A DNA stretch of 54,621 nucleotides from assembly GCA_963729895.1 (NCBI GenBank), contig CAVSQB010000033.1, forward strand, positions 1-54,621. The letters run 5' to 3'. Within the stretch, counting starts at the first letter, position 1, and the number at the start of each line of letters is the position of its first letter. Below, piece after piece: positions 45,858 to 54,621 of the stretch. The translations under genes and the position numbers were made by a program. The notes below the pieces were generated by a model that saw only the letters and a list, made by a program, of their open reading frames with translations, made no database searches and had not been told where the DNA came from. The stretch is from an uncultured Fibrobacterota bacterium. GTDB taxonomy: Bacteria > Fibrobacterota > Chitinivibrionia > Chitinivibrionales > FEN-1185.

Positions 45858-48410
45858 CTATTTCGTCACCACAATTCTGCTGGTCATTTGGTAATTCCCG
45901 GCCTGGAATCGGCACACGTAAAGCCCGGCCGGAATGCGGGCAGTGTTAAAGACGGCGCTATATTCTCCCGGCTCTCTCTCGCCCTGATCCATTACCGCTA
46001 CTCTTTTTCCGGAAATGGCGTAAATATCCAAATGCACGAAACACCTCGATCTGATGTCGTAGTTCAGCATGACACCGGAATGCAGGAAAGCCGAGGCGCT
46101 GACGCGCATTCTCGTTTGAAAAGGAACGGCTCGTCGATCTTGAGGAATGACGGACAACCCTGCGGAAGGAGCATTTGTCCATACACCGCAGCCGAAGGTG
46201 CAAAGATAGAGATAGTTGTTCGCGGGGTCAACATACACCGAGTTCCCGACTGCAAACGGGAACGGCATCTGGGTCCACGATGTCCCTCCATTTGTGCTGC
46301 TGAAAAAGGCCTGATCATTCGTTGAAAGATAAACGTTGGCAGAATTTGCAGGGTCAACCGTGACGTCCTCCGGCCAGGAAACGCCATTCGGGGTTACGGC
46401 GGTCCAGGAAGCGCCTTGATCGGTCGTTTTGTAAACTCCGTTGTCTCCCTGCCTGGATGGCGTTCCGCAAATGTATACGATAGAACTGTTGCTCGGGTCA
46501 ACACCGTAAAGCCTTTGCCCATGAAGACCGCTGCCGTTGTGGACATTTGCCGCAATGTTCTTCCAGGCGGTGCCCCCGTTCGTTGAAACGAAGATGCCGC
46601 CGGCATCAGGCGTCTGCCAGCTTCCGCTTCCCCATGATCCGCCCGAATACGTGAGCCTTTCACAAACTCCGACAAAAACAGTGCCATCCTTGTGCACTAC
46701 TATTTTGTAGTAGTGTGTGTTTGCCCCGACGGCCGGGATATTGAGGTTGGTCCATGCTCCCCACACGCCGTTCGTCCTTACCGATTTGTAAACCGCATCG
46801 CCGTATTCGGCTATGTACATGGTAGTTCCATCTGGAGAAAGAGCGATGCCCGTGCACGGATACGGCGTACTCGTGGAACCGCCGAAAGCGCTCTCGGCAA
46901 GCCCCGTCCAGTTCATTGCCGCCCATGTCTGTCCGTAGTCGGTGCTGACAACAGGTCCGCCGCCAAGGGTCGGGTTCATCATTTGCGGCTCCCACCCGGC
47001 CGGGATATCATGGGAATTTGATCCAGCTCCATACATGGTTCCGGGCGCATTTGGATCGAATGCAACGGCATAGAATGTATTGGCAAACGGAGATCCGGTC
47101 CATGAGTCGGTCCATGTTATTCCGCCATCAAAGCTGTGTGCAAAACCGATATCGGTGTAACAAATGTAATGTTTCGTGGAGTCAGTCGGGCAGATATAGT
47201 AATTCCATGTCGATGTGACGTTGAGCCCGTTGGTCTGCCATCTCTTGTGCTGGCCTCTTGAGCCGCTGTCTTCATAGGTGATATAACACTCATTCCAGGT
47301 TGCTCCGCCGTCCTTTGTGCAATACAGTTCCCCGTCGCCGCCGCCGATAACGTAGTTGGAATCCGTCCTGCAGCAGGTGAACCCATACGTCATGGGAGCA
47401 TTCCATCCATATTCGTCGAACGCCTGCCAGCCGAGGGTAACATTGTCTCCCGGCGGGTCAGGGGGCGGGTTCTTCTGCCAGGCCATGGAATTGGCAATAA
47501 AAACATTTGTCCAAGAGTTCCCGCCATTTGTCGTTTTGTAAATGTTAAGGTTGATGTAGCTGTTATTGCCGTATACCGCACTTGGAGCGCCCGAAACTAT
47601 TACATAGGCGATGTTCGGACTGTTTTCAGGGCATGACATCAGATTGAGATATCCCACGTCCGTTGACGCGATGCCGGTGGTCGGAACTGGAGACCAGGAC
47701 ATTCCATCGGTTTTTGATATATAGACTTTGCCGTTGGTCCCGGTTGTCCAGAGCGTTGTGTTTGATGCTCCGTCACTGCCGCCGCAAAAACTAACTATCC
47801 CGGACACACCCGAAGGGGTGACTTTCTGCCAGTTTGTCCCGTTGTTTGGCGAACGCCAGATATTACTTGACGTAGCTGCATATTCGTATTTTGTGCCGGC
47901 GTCCGAGATAAAGAATCCAACCGTATTCGTTCCGTCATTGATGTCGGCGCATTGGTTGGCATTCAGGTACACCGCTTTATCCGTACCTACGTAAATATTC
48001 GCTCCGTTAAAAGGATCCGGGTAAATTCTTGCTATGTTGGCATCACCCGCAGCCGTGTAACTGCGTATCGTGCTCCAGGTGGCGCCTTCATCGTTGCTCT
48101 GCATTAAAGTGGCGCCGGTCGCATCGTACATCAGGTTTTTGTCAACCGGGTCGAAAGCGGGGTTGCACATGTTGACGTTGTGTATCTGGCGATAGTCCAT
48201 AACGTTCCACGTTGTTCCACCGTCGGTAGTCCGGTAGAATCCGGACATGTCGCAACTTGCGAACATTGTGTTTTTATCATTCGGATTGATGGTTGGAACA
48301 AATATTGCGCCGCCGCCGCCGAGTCCTATCTGGTGGAATGTCTGGCCGTACAGGGCCTCGAGCCAAAAAGCCATTACAATGGCGGAACAGATGATCATCG
48401 ATTTTTTCAT
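45858..48410 (-). CDS. Secreted BNR-repeat double beta-propeller (GH74/sortilin-like) with T9SS-like C-terminal domain
   Basis: Signal peptide; GGGGAIF..., CDMSGFYRTTDGG.TW, YTDIG, many S/TxDGGxxW boxes; tail IYAISGKRV...PAGLYVCR. Confidence 0.82.
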   Translation of the reverse strand: MKKSMIICSAIVMAFWLEALYGQTFHQIGLGGGGAIFVPTINPNDKNTMFASCDMSGFYRTTDGGTTWNVMDYRQIHNVNMCNPAFDPVDKNLMYDATGATLMQSNDEGATWSTIRSYTAAGDANIARIYPDPFNGANIYVGTDKAVYLNANQCADINDGTNTVGFFISDAGTKYEYAATSSNIWRSPNNGTNWQKVTPSGVSGIVSFCGGSDGASNTTLWTTGTNGKVYISKTDGMSWSPVPTTGIASTDVGYLNLMSCPENSPNIAYVIVSGAPSAVYGNNSYINLNIYKTTNGGNSWTNVFIANSMAWQKNPPPDPPGDNVTLGWQAFDEYGWNAPMTYGFTCCRTDSNYVIGGGDGELYCTKDGGATWNECYITYEDSGSRGQHKRWQTNGLNVTSTWNYYICPTDSTKHYICYTDIGFAHSFDGGITWTDSWTGSPFANTFYAVAFDPNAPGTMYGAGSNSHDIPAGWEPQMMNPTLGGGPVVSTDYGQTWAAMNWTGLAESAFGGSTSTPYPCTGIALSPDGTTMYIAEYGDAVYKSVRTNGVWGAWTNLNIPAVGANTHYYKIVVHKDGTVFVGVCERLTYSGGSWGSGSWQTPDAGGIFVSTNGGTAWKNIAANVHNGSGLHGQRLYGVDPSNSSIVYICGTPSRQGDNGVYKTTDQGASWTAVTPNGVSWPEDVTVDPANSANVYLSTNDQAFFSSTNGGTSWTQMPFPFAVGNSVYVDPANNYLYLCTFGCGVWTNAPSAGLSVIPQDRRAVPFQTRMRVSASAFLHSGVMLNYDIRSRCFVHLDIYAISGKRVAVMDQGEREPGEYSAVFNTARIPAGLYVCRFQAGNYQMTSRIVVTK

Positions 48411-48630
48411 GGCGAATAGGTGATTTAGCTTGTCGGGTGCCGGGTTGGGAACCGCGTTTTCTTTACTCGCAGACTTAGAGCTTATCCGCAAATATAGACA
48501 TTTTGGAGCATTGGCGCCAAAATAAGAGGAGGCAGCCCCTGAATATTGGGCGCCAAAAAGTGCCCATTACCGGCGGGTTTTAATTGCCCGTTGACTGTCG
48601 AATACGCCAAGTTCTGTATAGCGTTTCTCC

Positions 48631-49188
48631 TCACGAATGCTTTTTGTAGTGAAGGGCAACGACGCCGGAATGAAAGGTTTTCAAACCGACAAAGTCTAGC
48701 AGAAGCCTCTCCTGCAGCTTCACGGTGTCGAATAACCGCGGTCCTTTACCGGCAACAACCGGGTGAACCACGAAATGATACTCGTCAATCAAACCGCGGT
48801 CCGAAAGCTGGGACGCAATGCTCAGACTGCCTACGGAAATATCTTTCCCAGGCTGCTGCTTCAGCGTGAGCACCTCTTCCTCAACGTTTGCGCGCACGAT
48901 TCTCGTGTTGGTTCCCTCAACATGTTTCAATGTAGTGGAGAATACGACCTTGTCGAGCGAGTCGAACACGCGAGCGAACTCTTGGGTTGGCCCTGCCTCC
49001 GATTGGTTCTTGGCGACGTCGGGCCAATAGGGAACCATGAGTTGATATGTGACCCGGCCGAAGAGAAGGATGCCCGCATTGCGCAGAAGCCTGGCATAGA
49101 AGTCGTGCAACTCCTCATCGGCAATCATGTCCGTGTGGTTGCAGTACCCGTCAGTGGTACTACTGATCGCAAAAACAACCTTTCTCAT
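48631..49188 (-). CDS. Dihydrofolate reductase-family (RibD C-terminal) protein
   Basis: MRKVV...[48 protein letters not shown]. Confidence 0.9.
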   Translation of the reverse strand: MRKVVFAISSTTDGYCNHTDMIADEELHDFYARLLRNAGILLFGRVTYQLMVPYWPDVAKNQSEAGPTQEFARVFDSLDKVVFSTTLKHVEGTNTRIVRANVEEEVLTLKQQPGKDISVGSLSIASQLSDRGLIDEYHFVVHPVVAGKGPRLFDTVKLQERLLLDFVGLKTFHSGVVALHYKKHS

Positions 49189-49260
49189 AAATCTCCTAAT
49201 GTGACGTTACATGTAAAGTTCATGCACCGCTTGATCGAATTAATAATTACTGAGTACGGC

Positions 49261-49386
49261 AAACAACGTGCGCCGGGTTGCGACGTGGCCAGCATTAGGC
49301 AACGTGACGGAGCTTTGCGACGCGACACGGTTACTTCAGACGCTGGACATGTGCCCGAAAGGCCTTGCGTAACGCGGCTGTTGGGT
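49261..49386. other. Candidate attC-like imperfect palindrome of a different family
   Basis: CAAC..GCCGGGTTGCGACGTGGCC ... GGCCTTGCGTAACGCGGC..GTTG. One end fits GTTRRRY; the other is degenerate. Confidence 0.4.
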
Positions 49387-49713
49387 TTAAGCCGGAATTT
49401 ATCATGCATCCGATCAAAGGTTAGAGTTCAACTCCAACCATAAATTACCCCTCCCGCCAACCCAAAATGCAACGAAATCAGTTTCGTGGTCAGAATAATG
49501 CTGCCGTCTGCATTCTGGGTAGCGACAATGCGCTCGCTGTGGAATTCAATCACCTTGAAAATCCTTCTTTCCATGAGGGATTTTCAAGGTTATCTTTAAA
49601 GCATGGTAAAACGAAATGCGCTCATCGGTACGATAAAGGCCTCCCTCAACCGTTCCGATGAATTGTCTTTTTGCCTCGCGAGGTGTTATAGCTCCGGTTC
49701 AACAGTAAGTTCC

Positions 49714-50460
49714 CTATAGGTATTTCTCCCCTTTGGGTTGCAATTCCTGCACTTTCTCTAATTCAGCAATGGCCGTATTTCTGACTAGGCTGTCTTTGTC
49801 ACGAGAAAGACTTTCCAAAGCTGAGAGCGCCCTCTTATCCCGAAATTCTCCGGTTCTGATATGTGTGCCAATTGCCGCCGTCACTATCCCTCGCAAGCTG
49901 GAAGCAGGTGACGGACATAAAGCGCAAAGGGTTTTATTCTCGGGTGCCGAAGGGCTGGGAATCATCTTGGCAACAGCAATCATTGTGTCCAAGACTTCCG
50001 AGGTGTCCTTGTGGCAAAAAGTTAAAATTGAATTTGCCGCTCTGAACCTGACATTAGGATCGGGATCTTGGTACATTGCGAAAGTCAATGCGGCTGCAAT
50101 CTCTGAATCGAGCGAATACTTGGCCTCATCAAGATCACCAATTCTCGCTGCTGCATGGGCTCTAACCTCTGGGTACTTATCGCTCTTGAGGAACTGTATC
50201 AGCAATCCCTTCACAACAGAATCGTAAGGAGCCTTGCGAAGGCAACTAGAACAGAGCTTATCAAGCACCAGTGACCGTACGTTTCCCGCATCTATTGAAT
50301 CCTTAATTATCGTCGCTCCCTGCATTTTCTCCAGTCGCTCCGCTATTACTTCATTGGAGCATGGATAAACATTTTGGGGGGAAGTGTCTCGCGTTTGAGC
50401 AAAACACGCTGTTCCAATTGAGGAAAGAAGAAATACCCCGAACGCAAGGTTTCTCTTCAT
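49714..50460 (-). CDS. Secreted HEAT-repeat protein
   Basis: Signal peptide; DKYPEVRAHAA..IG, DPDPNVRFRAA, DKDSLVRNTA. Confidence 0.75.
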   Translation of the reverse strand: MKRNLAFGVFLLSSIGTACFAQTRDTSPQNVYPCSNEVIAERLEKMQGATIIKDSIDAGNVRSLVLDKLCSSCLRKAPYDSVVKGLLIQFLKSDKYPEVRAHAAARIGDLDEAKYSLDSEIAAALTFAMYQDPDPNVRFRAANSILTFCHKDTSEVLDTMIAVAKMIPSPSAPENKTLCALCPSPASSLRGIVTAAIGTHIRTGEFRDKRALSALESLSRDKDSLVRNTAIAELEKVQELQPKGEKYL

Positions 50461-50554
50461 ACGAATCCTCCGAAAATCAACTCCTACCGACTTCTATTCC
50501 AACACACCCGTTTTCTTTCCTAACGAGTTGACGGGCTCCTTCTTTTCAGCCTAG

Positions 50555-51866
50555 CAGGTTGTTGAAATAGTCCTAACAGAAGCGCTCTTGTTGATTTTTT
50601 ATGAACCTAACTTCAACTTTACATATGTCAGAGAGGTTTTACCTGCCTCGTTCCGAGGCATTTCCCCGGATTCCCAGGCCATTCTCATGCTGCCCCCACC
50701 GTTTGCGGCATCAACTTAACCATGCGTATCAAGTTGTACGCTGCGGCAACCACGTAGGCAACAGTCTGGTTGATTCGTATTCCTCTTACCCGAGTTTTCC
50801 GCAGGCCACCGACGCTCTTGATCCACCCAAATATCTCTTCAACCCGTTTTCGTTTCCGTTGACTTACGCTGTATCCCTTATGCCGAGTCGTTCTTCCATC
50901 CAACCCTTTAAGCGAAGTGTTGGCCTTCTCGGCAATGTGAGGCTTCACGTGCAGGCGTCGCAGGCTCTTGATAAATTCGGTTGCATGATACCCTTTGTCT
51001 GCACCCACCGTCTTCATCCGGCGTTTTCCGCGCCTGCGTTCATGCTTTATCAGCTCAAGCGCCATATCCCGTTCCGCTGTCCCCGTCGCTGGCGCAATGG
51101 CGATATCAACACACAACCCATTTCGGTTTTCCATCAGCACGTGACCGGAATACGCCAGCTGCGCTCCCGTTCTCTTGTTCTTCCGAGCCAACAGCGCCTC
51201 TGGATCGGTCGAACTCTGATGTGTCTCATTGCTTCGCTTCTCATGGTGGAAATCAACCGACGGATTACTCCGATCATCGTCAGTCTTGTTCGCCGATTCC
51301 GCGTCTTTTCGCTTGAAGCTCTTCATCGATGCCCAGGCTTCAATCAACGTGCCGTCAACCGTGAAATGCTCATCGGACAACAACTCTTCGGAACGAGCAA
51401 GACGCACGATTTCCTGCATCAGCCGGTGCGCAATCTCCTGTTCCATAAGTCGATCTCGGTTCTTCGAAAACACACTATGATCAAACGATGCCGCATCCAG
51501 ATCCATGTCAAGAAACCATCGGAACAGAATGTTATAGTCCAGCATCTCGCAAAACAACCGGTCCGACCGTATCGAAAACAAAGCCATCAATATCTGTGCT
51601 TTCAAAAGCCATTCCGGCGGTATCGAAGGGCGTCCCATCCGGCTGTACATCGCCTCAAAGTCACGAGAAAGGCGGCGCAGCGCTATGTCCGTAAACTGTT
51701 TGACACGACGAAGCGGGTGCGTTGCCGGCACTCGGGAATCCGGAGAAACGAAGCTGAACATACCGCCTTGGGCTGGCTGGGAACCTCTCATCAATACTCC
51801 TTGGTTGGGGTTCCCCTATAATATAAGGATAAATGTTTACAAAAGGGAGACTTTTTCAACACCCTG
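50555..51866 (-). mobile_element. IS5-family insertion sequence, copy B
   Basis: Inverted copy of 13883-15194 (one synonymous difference seen); CTAG duplications at 50551-54 and 51867-70. Confidence 0.93.
50685..51794 (-). CDS. IS5-family transposase (copy B)
   Basis: Protein identical to 13955-15064. Confidence 0.92.
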   Translation of the reverse strand: MMRGSQPAQGGMFSFVSPDSRVPATHPLRRVKQFTDIALRRLSRDFEAMYSRMGRPSIPPEWLLKAQILMALFSIRSDRLFCEMLDYNILFRWFLDMDLDAASFDHSVFSKNRDRLMEQEIAHRLMQEIVRLARSEELLSDEHFTVDGTLIEAWASMKSFKRKDAESANKTDDDRSNPSVDFHHEKRSNETHQSSTDPEALLARKNKRTGAQLAYSGHVLMENRNGLCVDIAIAPATGTAERDMALELIKHERRRGKRRMKTVGADKGYHATEFIKSLRRLHVKPHIAEKANTSLKGLDGRTTRHKGYSVSQRKRKRVEEIFGWIKSVGGLRKTRVRGIRINQTVAYVVAAAYNLIRMVKLMPQTVGAA

Positions 51867-52180
51867 CTAGGGTTAAATTCTACCATGCGCCTGTAATACT
51901 CGTCCCTTTCAAGTCTCGTGCGCGACTGGTTATAGTTTGTCATATGCTCAAAGTAAAGCATTTCTTTCCTTTTGAGCTTTAAAAAGGCTGACATCTTGAG
52001 CGCCAGGAGGCTACCCATGTTTCGCTTGCCCTGGAGGACAAGGAGAACATGGCTCGACGAGGCTAAGCCAAGATGTCTTGCAATAGTACGGAATGTGAGG
52101 CTTGGGTCTTTTTTTCGCGCTTCCTTGAGTGCGTCCCTAAGGTACTTCCTGTAATCGACATAACGGAAAACGTTAAGCAT
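51867..52180 (-). pseudogene. TIGR02147-type (Fibrobacter paralogous family) HTH protein interrupted near its 3' end by IS5
   Basis: VFRYVDYRKYLRD...TFR.IAR..GL.SSS...VLQGKRN...YFE. The frame resumes beyond the IS as ..RLKRRSPSTR*. Confidence 0.75.
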
Positions 52181-52505
52181 CTTGAATCTCTTTCACCTGT
52201 TTCACTTTCAATTTCAGGGAGTGGCTGGGAACATTTAAATAGTTGTACGACTCATCTACCCCCACCTGACCGCTCCCTTTCACCTAAAATTACGAATGCG
52301 GTTCATAGAGATTTTATGTTGACAGGCAAATTCTGCCAAGACCCGCTTGGACGACCAAAAGCTATGAAAACATGGGTGAAGGCATCGGAAAGGCAGGAAG
52401 AGCAGAAAATGAGCGAAAATGAGATGGTCCGGGATTTTTGAACAGGAAATAATGGTTTCTTAGTTGGATTCCGAGGGTATTTTTTCATTATCAAAGGAGT
52501 CCAAC

Positions 52506-52868
52506 ATGAACCGGAAGCAGCAAGCGAAGGCCGCCGCGATGTCCCCGAACAGCGATGGCAACCCCGCCAAGCGGACCCGCCGCAAGATCGACGACGCTCT
52601 GAAGACGAAGGTGGTTCTGGAAGCCTTGAAGGAGGCCGAACCGCTGTCCGTTTTGGCAAGTCGGTACGAAGTCCATCCCAACCAGATAGCTCAGTGGCGC
52701 AGGCAGTTTCTTGGCAACGCGCAGATGGCTTTTTCGGGAGACAAGAACGCCGAGCAAGAGCTTGAGCGCGTTCGCGGTGATCGCGATGAGTATGCACGCA
52801 AGGTCGGGGAGCTGACCATGGATGTCGAGTTCCTAAAAAAAAACTTGCGGAAGCTGGGCATGCTATGA
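52506..52868 (+). CDS. IS3 OrfA (HTH)
   Basis: RRK....KTKVVLEALK....LASRYEVHPNQIAQWRRQF; AAGGAG RBS. Confidence 0.88.
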   Translation: MNRKQQAKAAAMSPNSDGNPAKRTRRKIDDALKTKVVLEALKEAEPLSVLASRYEVHPNQIAQWRRQFLGNAQMAFSGDKNAEQELERVRGDRDEYARKVGELTMDVEFLKKNLRKLGML

Positions 52869-53707
52869 GAGCAAAGATGGCCGATTCTACAAGCGAGGAC
52901 TTGACTTTGAAGAGGCAGTGTTCGCTGCTTTCCATTTGTCGGACCTCGATTTACTATACGCCGCAGACTAGTCCGATGAACAAGTTGCTCATGGATCGTA
53001 TCGATGAGCTATTCACCGATGACCCCACGCGGGGCACCAGAAGGCTCCGGGCGGCCATGAGGCGTCAGTTTGGGCTGGAGGTTGGGCGCAGCAAGATTCG
53101 CAGGCTGATGGCCCGTATGGGCCTCCACGCGATCTACCGGGCCCTGAACACCTCGAAGCCCAATAAGGCACACAAGAAGTACCCGTATCTGCTTCGTGGC
53201 GTAGTGGTCAACCACCCCAACCAGGTGTGGAGCACCGATATCACCTACATCCGCCTCAACGGCGGCTTCGCTTACCTCTGCGCCGTTATCGACTGGTACA
53301 GTCGGTGCGTCCTTGCATGGCGTCTGTCGACCTCGCTGGACAGCGGCTTCTGCATCGAAGTTCTCAAGGAGGCACTGGCGAAGTACGGAGAACCGGAAAT
53401 CTTCAACTCGGATCAGGGATGTCAGTTCACCAGCGAGGAGTTCACCTCGGTGCTCCTTGAACGCGGTATCCGGATCAGCATGGACGGACGAGGGCGGGCG
53501 CTGGATAACGTGTTTGTCGAGAGGCTGTGGCGAACGGTCAAGTACGACGACATCTACATACGGGGGTACAGCTCCGTTGCCGAGTGCCGCACCGGCCTTG
53601 CGGAGTTCTTTGAACGGTACAACAACCGGAGGGAGCACTCGTCCCTCCTTTACAACTATCCAATGGAAGTGTATATTGGTGAGGTAGTGCTATCAAAGGC
53701 AGCTTGA
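52865..53707 (+). CDS. IS3 OrfB (DDE integrase core)
   Basis: PNQVWSTDITYI, IDWYSR, FNSDQGCQFTS, DNVFVERLWRTVKY. Confidence 0.92.
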   Translation: MRAKMADSTSEDLTLKRQCSLLSICRTSIYYTPQTSPMNKLLMDRIDELFTDDPTRGTRRLRAAMRRQFGLEVGRSKIRRLMARMGLHAIYRALNTSKPNKAHKKYPYLLRGVVVNHPNQVWSTDITYIRLNGGFAYLCAVIDWYSRCVLAWRLSTSLDSGFCIEVLKEALAKYGEPEIFNSDQGCQFTSEEFTSVLLERGIRISMDGRGRALDNVFVERLWRTVKYDDIYIRGYSSVAECRTGLAEFFERYNNRREHSSLLYNYPMEVYIGEVVLSKAA

Positions 53708-53769
53708 CGAGCAAGACAGGCAAGGCCAACTAAGCAATCAGAAATTCCTGTCAAGAAAAGTCGACCATC

Positions 53770-54390
53770 TCACATCCCTAAAATTCCCTGGAATGATGGC
53801 TCAATAACAACGATATCGTCAATGTTGATGTCAGGTGAATGCACCGTAGCTCTCGTTATTTTCATGACAGATCCGGTTTTGTCTGCCTTGATGCTGTCCT
53901 GCAGGAGATAATCACGGATAACCAAAATTCCATTAACCCATCCAATATTCAAGATGGGCATAGCTCCCCTGTGTCCTATGCTATAAACTTCATCATCTAT
54001 GCCGGTATTGGCCATTTCAACTTCAATTTTGCTTGTTTCCACCACTGGATTCTTAAGTTTGATTATGGTGGTTTCAATACCGGGAAGACATCTTATCAGA
54101 ACATTTTCTAACGGAATTATCATTTTATCATCGCCTCTTTTTAGGAGCCACTGTTGCAAGTATTTGAACCCAGGGGTTGGTTTTGTCGTTCCTTCATTCA
54201 AAACATGGTATGCGGTAAGAACAGTTGTCTTATCTATCAAGAAAGCGGTTCCACCTATCCGCCCGAGGACCGGAGATTCGCCAAGCGTATTATACATGAT
54301 CCTTATAACCACAAATACAGCATCCTCAGGAGCGGTGATCGCAGATGTTGTCAGAAAGAGAATGAAGAAACCTGGAAATATGTGTTTCAT
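53770..54390 (-). pseudogene. Trypsin-like serine protease truncated by IS3
   Basis: GTAFLI...VLTAYHVL, VYSIGH; ends at GILGM at the IS3 end, just before the expected SGGP motif. Confidence 0.75.
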
Positions 54391-54468
54391 GGCGGAGTAA
54401 GCTCAAAATAGCAGAAACCATCCTCGGGTGACTATTTTTTTGGAGGAGCTTCGCTAGGAAGCCACTAG

Positions 54469-54621
54469 CAGGGTGTTGACAAAGTCTCCCTTTTGTAAAC
54501 ATTTATCCTTAGGGGACCTCTAAAAATTCTGTAAAATAGTAGATTCCAAGATCATGTTGACAGATAGTATTATTTCGCGATGTCAGGGCGTCTATTTGTC
54601 TGATAGGTGCCCAAAACTGTT
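54469..54621 (+). mobile_element. Left end of a third IS5 copy (54469-54511), apparently interrupted by another IS end starting GGGGACCTCTAAAAA
   Basis: CTAG + CAGGGTGTTGACAAAGTCTCCCTTTTGTAAACATTTATCCTTA matches copy A, then diverges at 54512; runs off the window. Confidence 0.7.

Larger units (their letters stand above)
52420..53772 (+). mobile_element. IS3-family insertion sequence
   Basis: TG...CA IRs TGAGATGGTC..TT.TTG.ACAGGAA; orfA/orfB with an A9 slippery tract at 52835-43; no TSD. Confidence 0.92.

Noticed and set aside
1..54621. Integron integrase, tRNA, rRNA or cas genes
   Set aside because: None were recognised in the window; any IntI would have to be encoded elsewhere.

Overview
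This is a 54.6-kb bacterial chromosomal window. The host is probably Fibrobacterota (Chitinispirillia/Chitinivibrionia-like), inferred from a TIGR02147-type gene and T9SS-type C-terminal domains. It is heavily scarred by insertion sequences. The first ~4 kb is an integron cassette array with no intI in the window: a secreted beta-propeller cassette, an attC split by an IS110/IS1111-type element, a BrnT/BrnA-like TA cassette, a second attC, and an IS21 remnant. The IS110 bridge RNA can be decoded by eye: target guides, donor guides and junction promoter all match the observed junctions. The most unusual feature is an apparently identical 2,082-bp IS91/ISCR-like rolling-circle element present twice in direct orientation (5561-7642, 10232-12313). 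Each copy carries its own attC site and a candidate Pc-like promoter divergent from the HUH transposase, which is an integron-like layout. The two copies bracket ordinary chromosomal genes (truncated tssA, Mth938-like gene, sigma factor). The middle holds a broken polysaccharide locus (wbsX-like fragment, methyltransferase, AlgX/J-like gene), IS5- and IS4-family elements, a LysM protein-vgrG pair, mazG, a Sua5/YciO gene, an unannotated CxxU selenoprotein with SECIS, a DGC-aroE-aroA-aroB operon and leuCD. The right part holds secreted/TPR proteins, a SpoIIE phosphatase, an rve-type IS, a very divergent enolase, asd, bcp, a BNR-repeat hydrolase, and further IS5/IS3 insertions. All family assignments come from motif recognition by eye; no searches were run.
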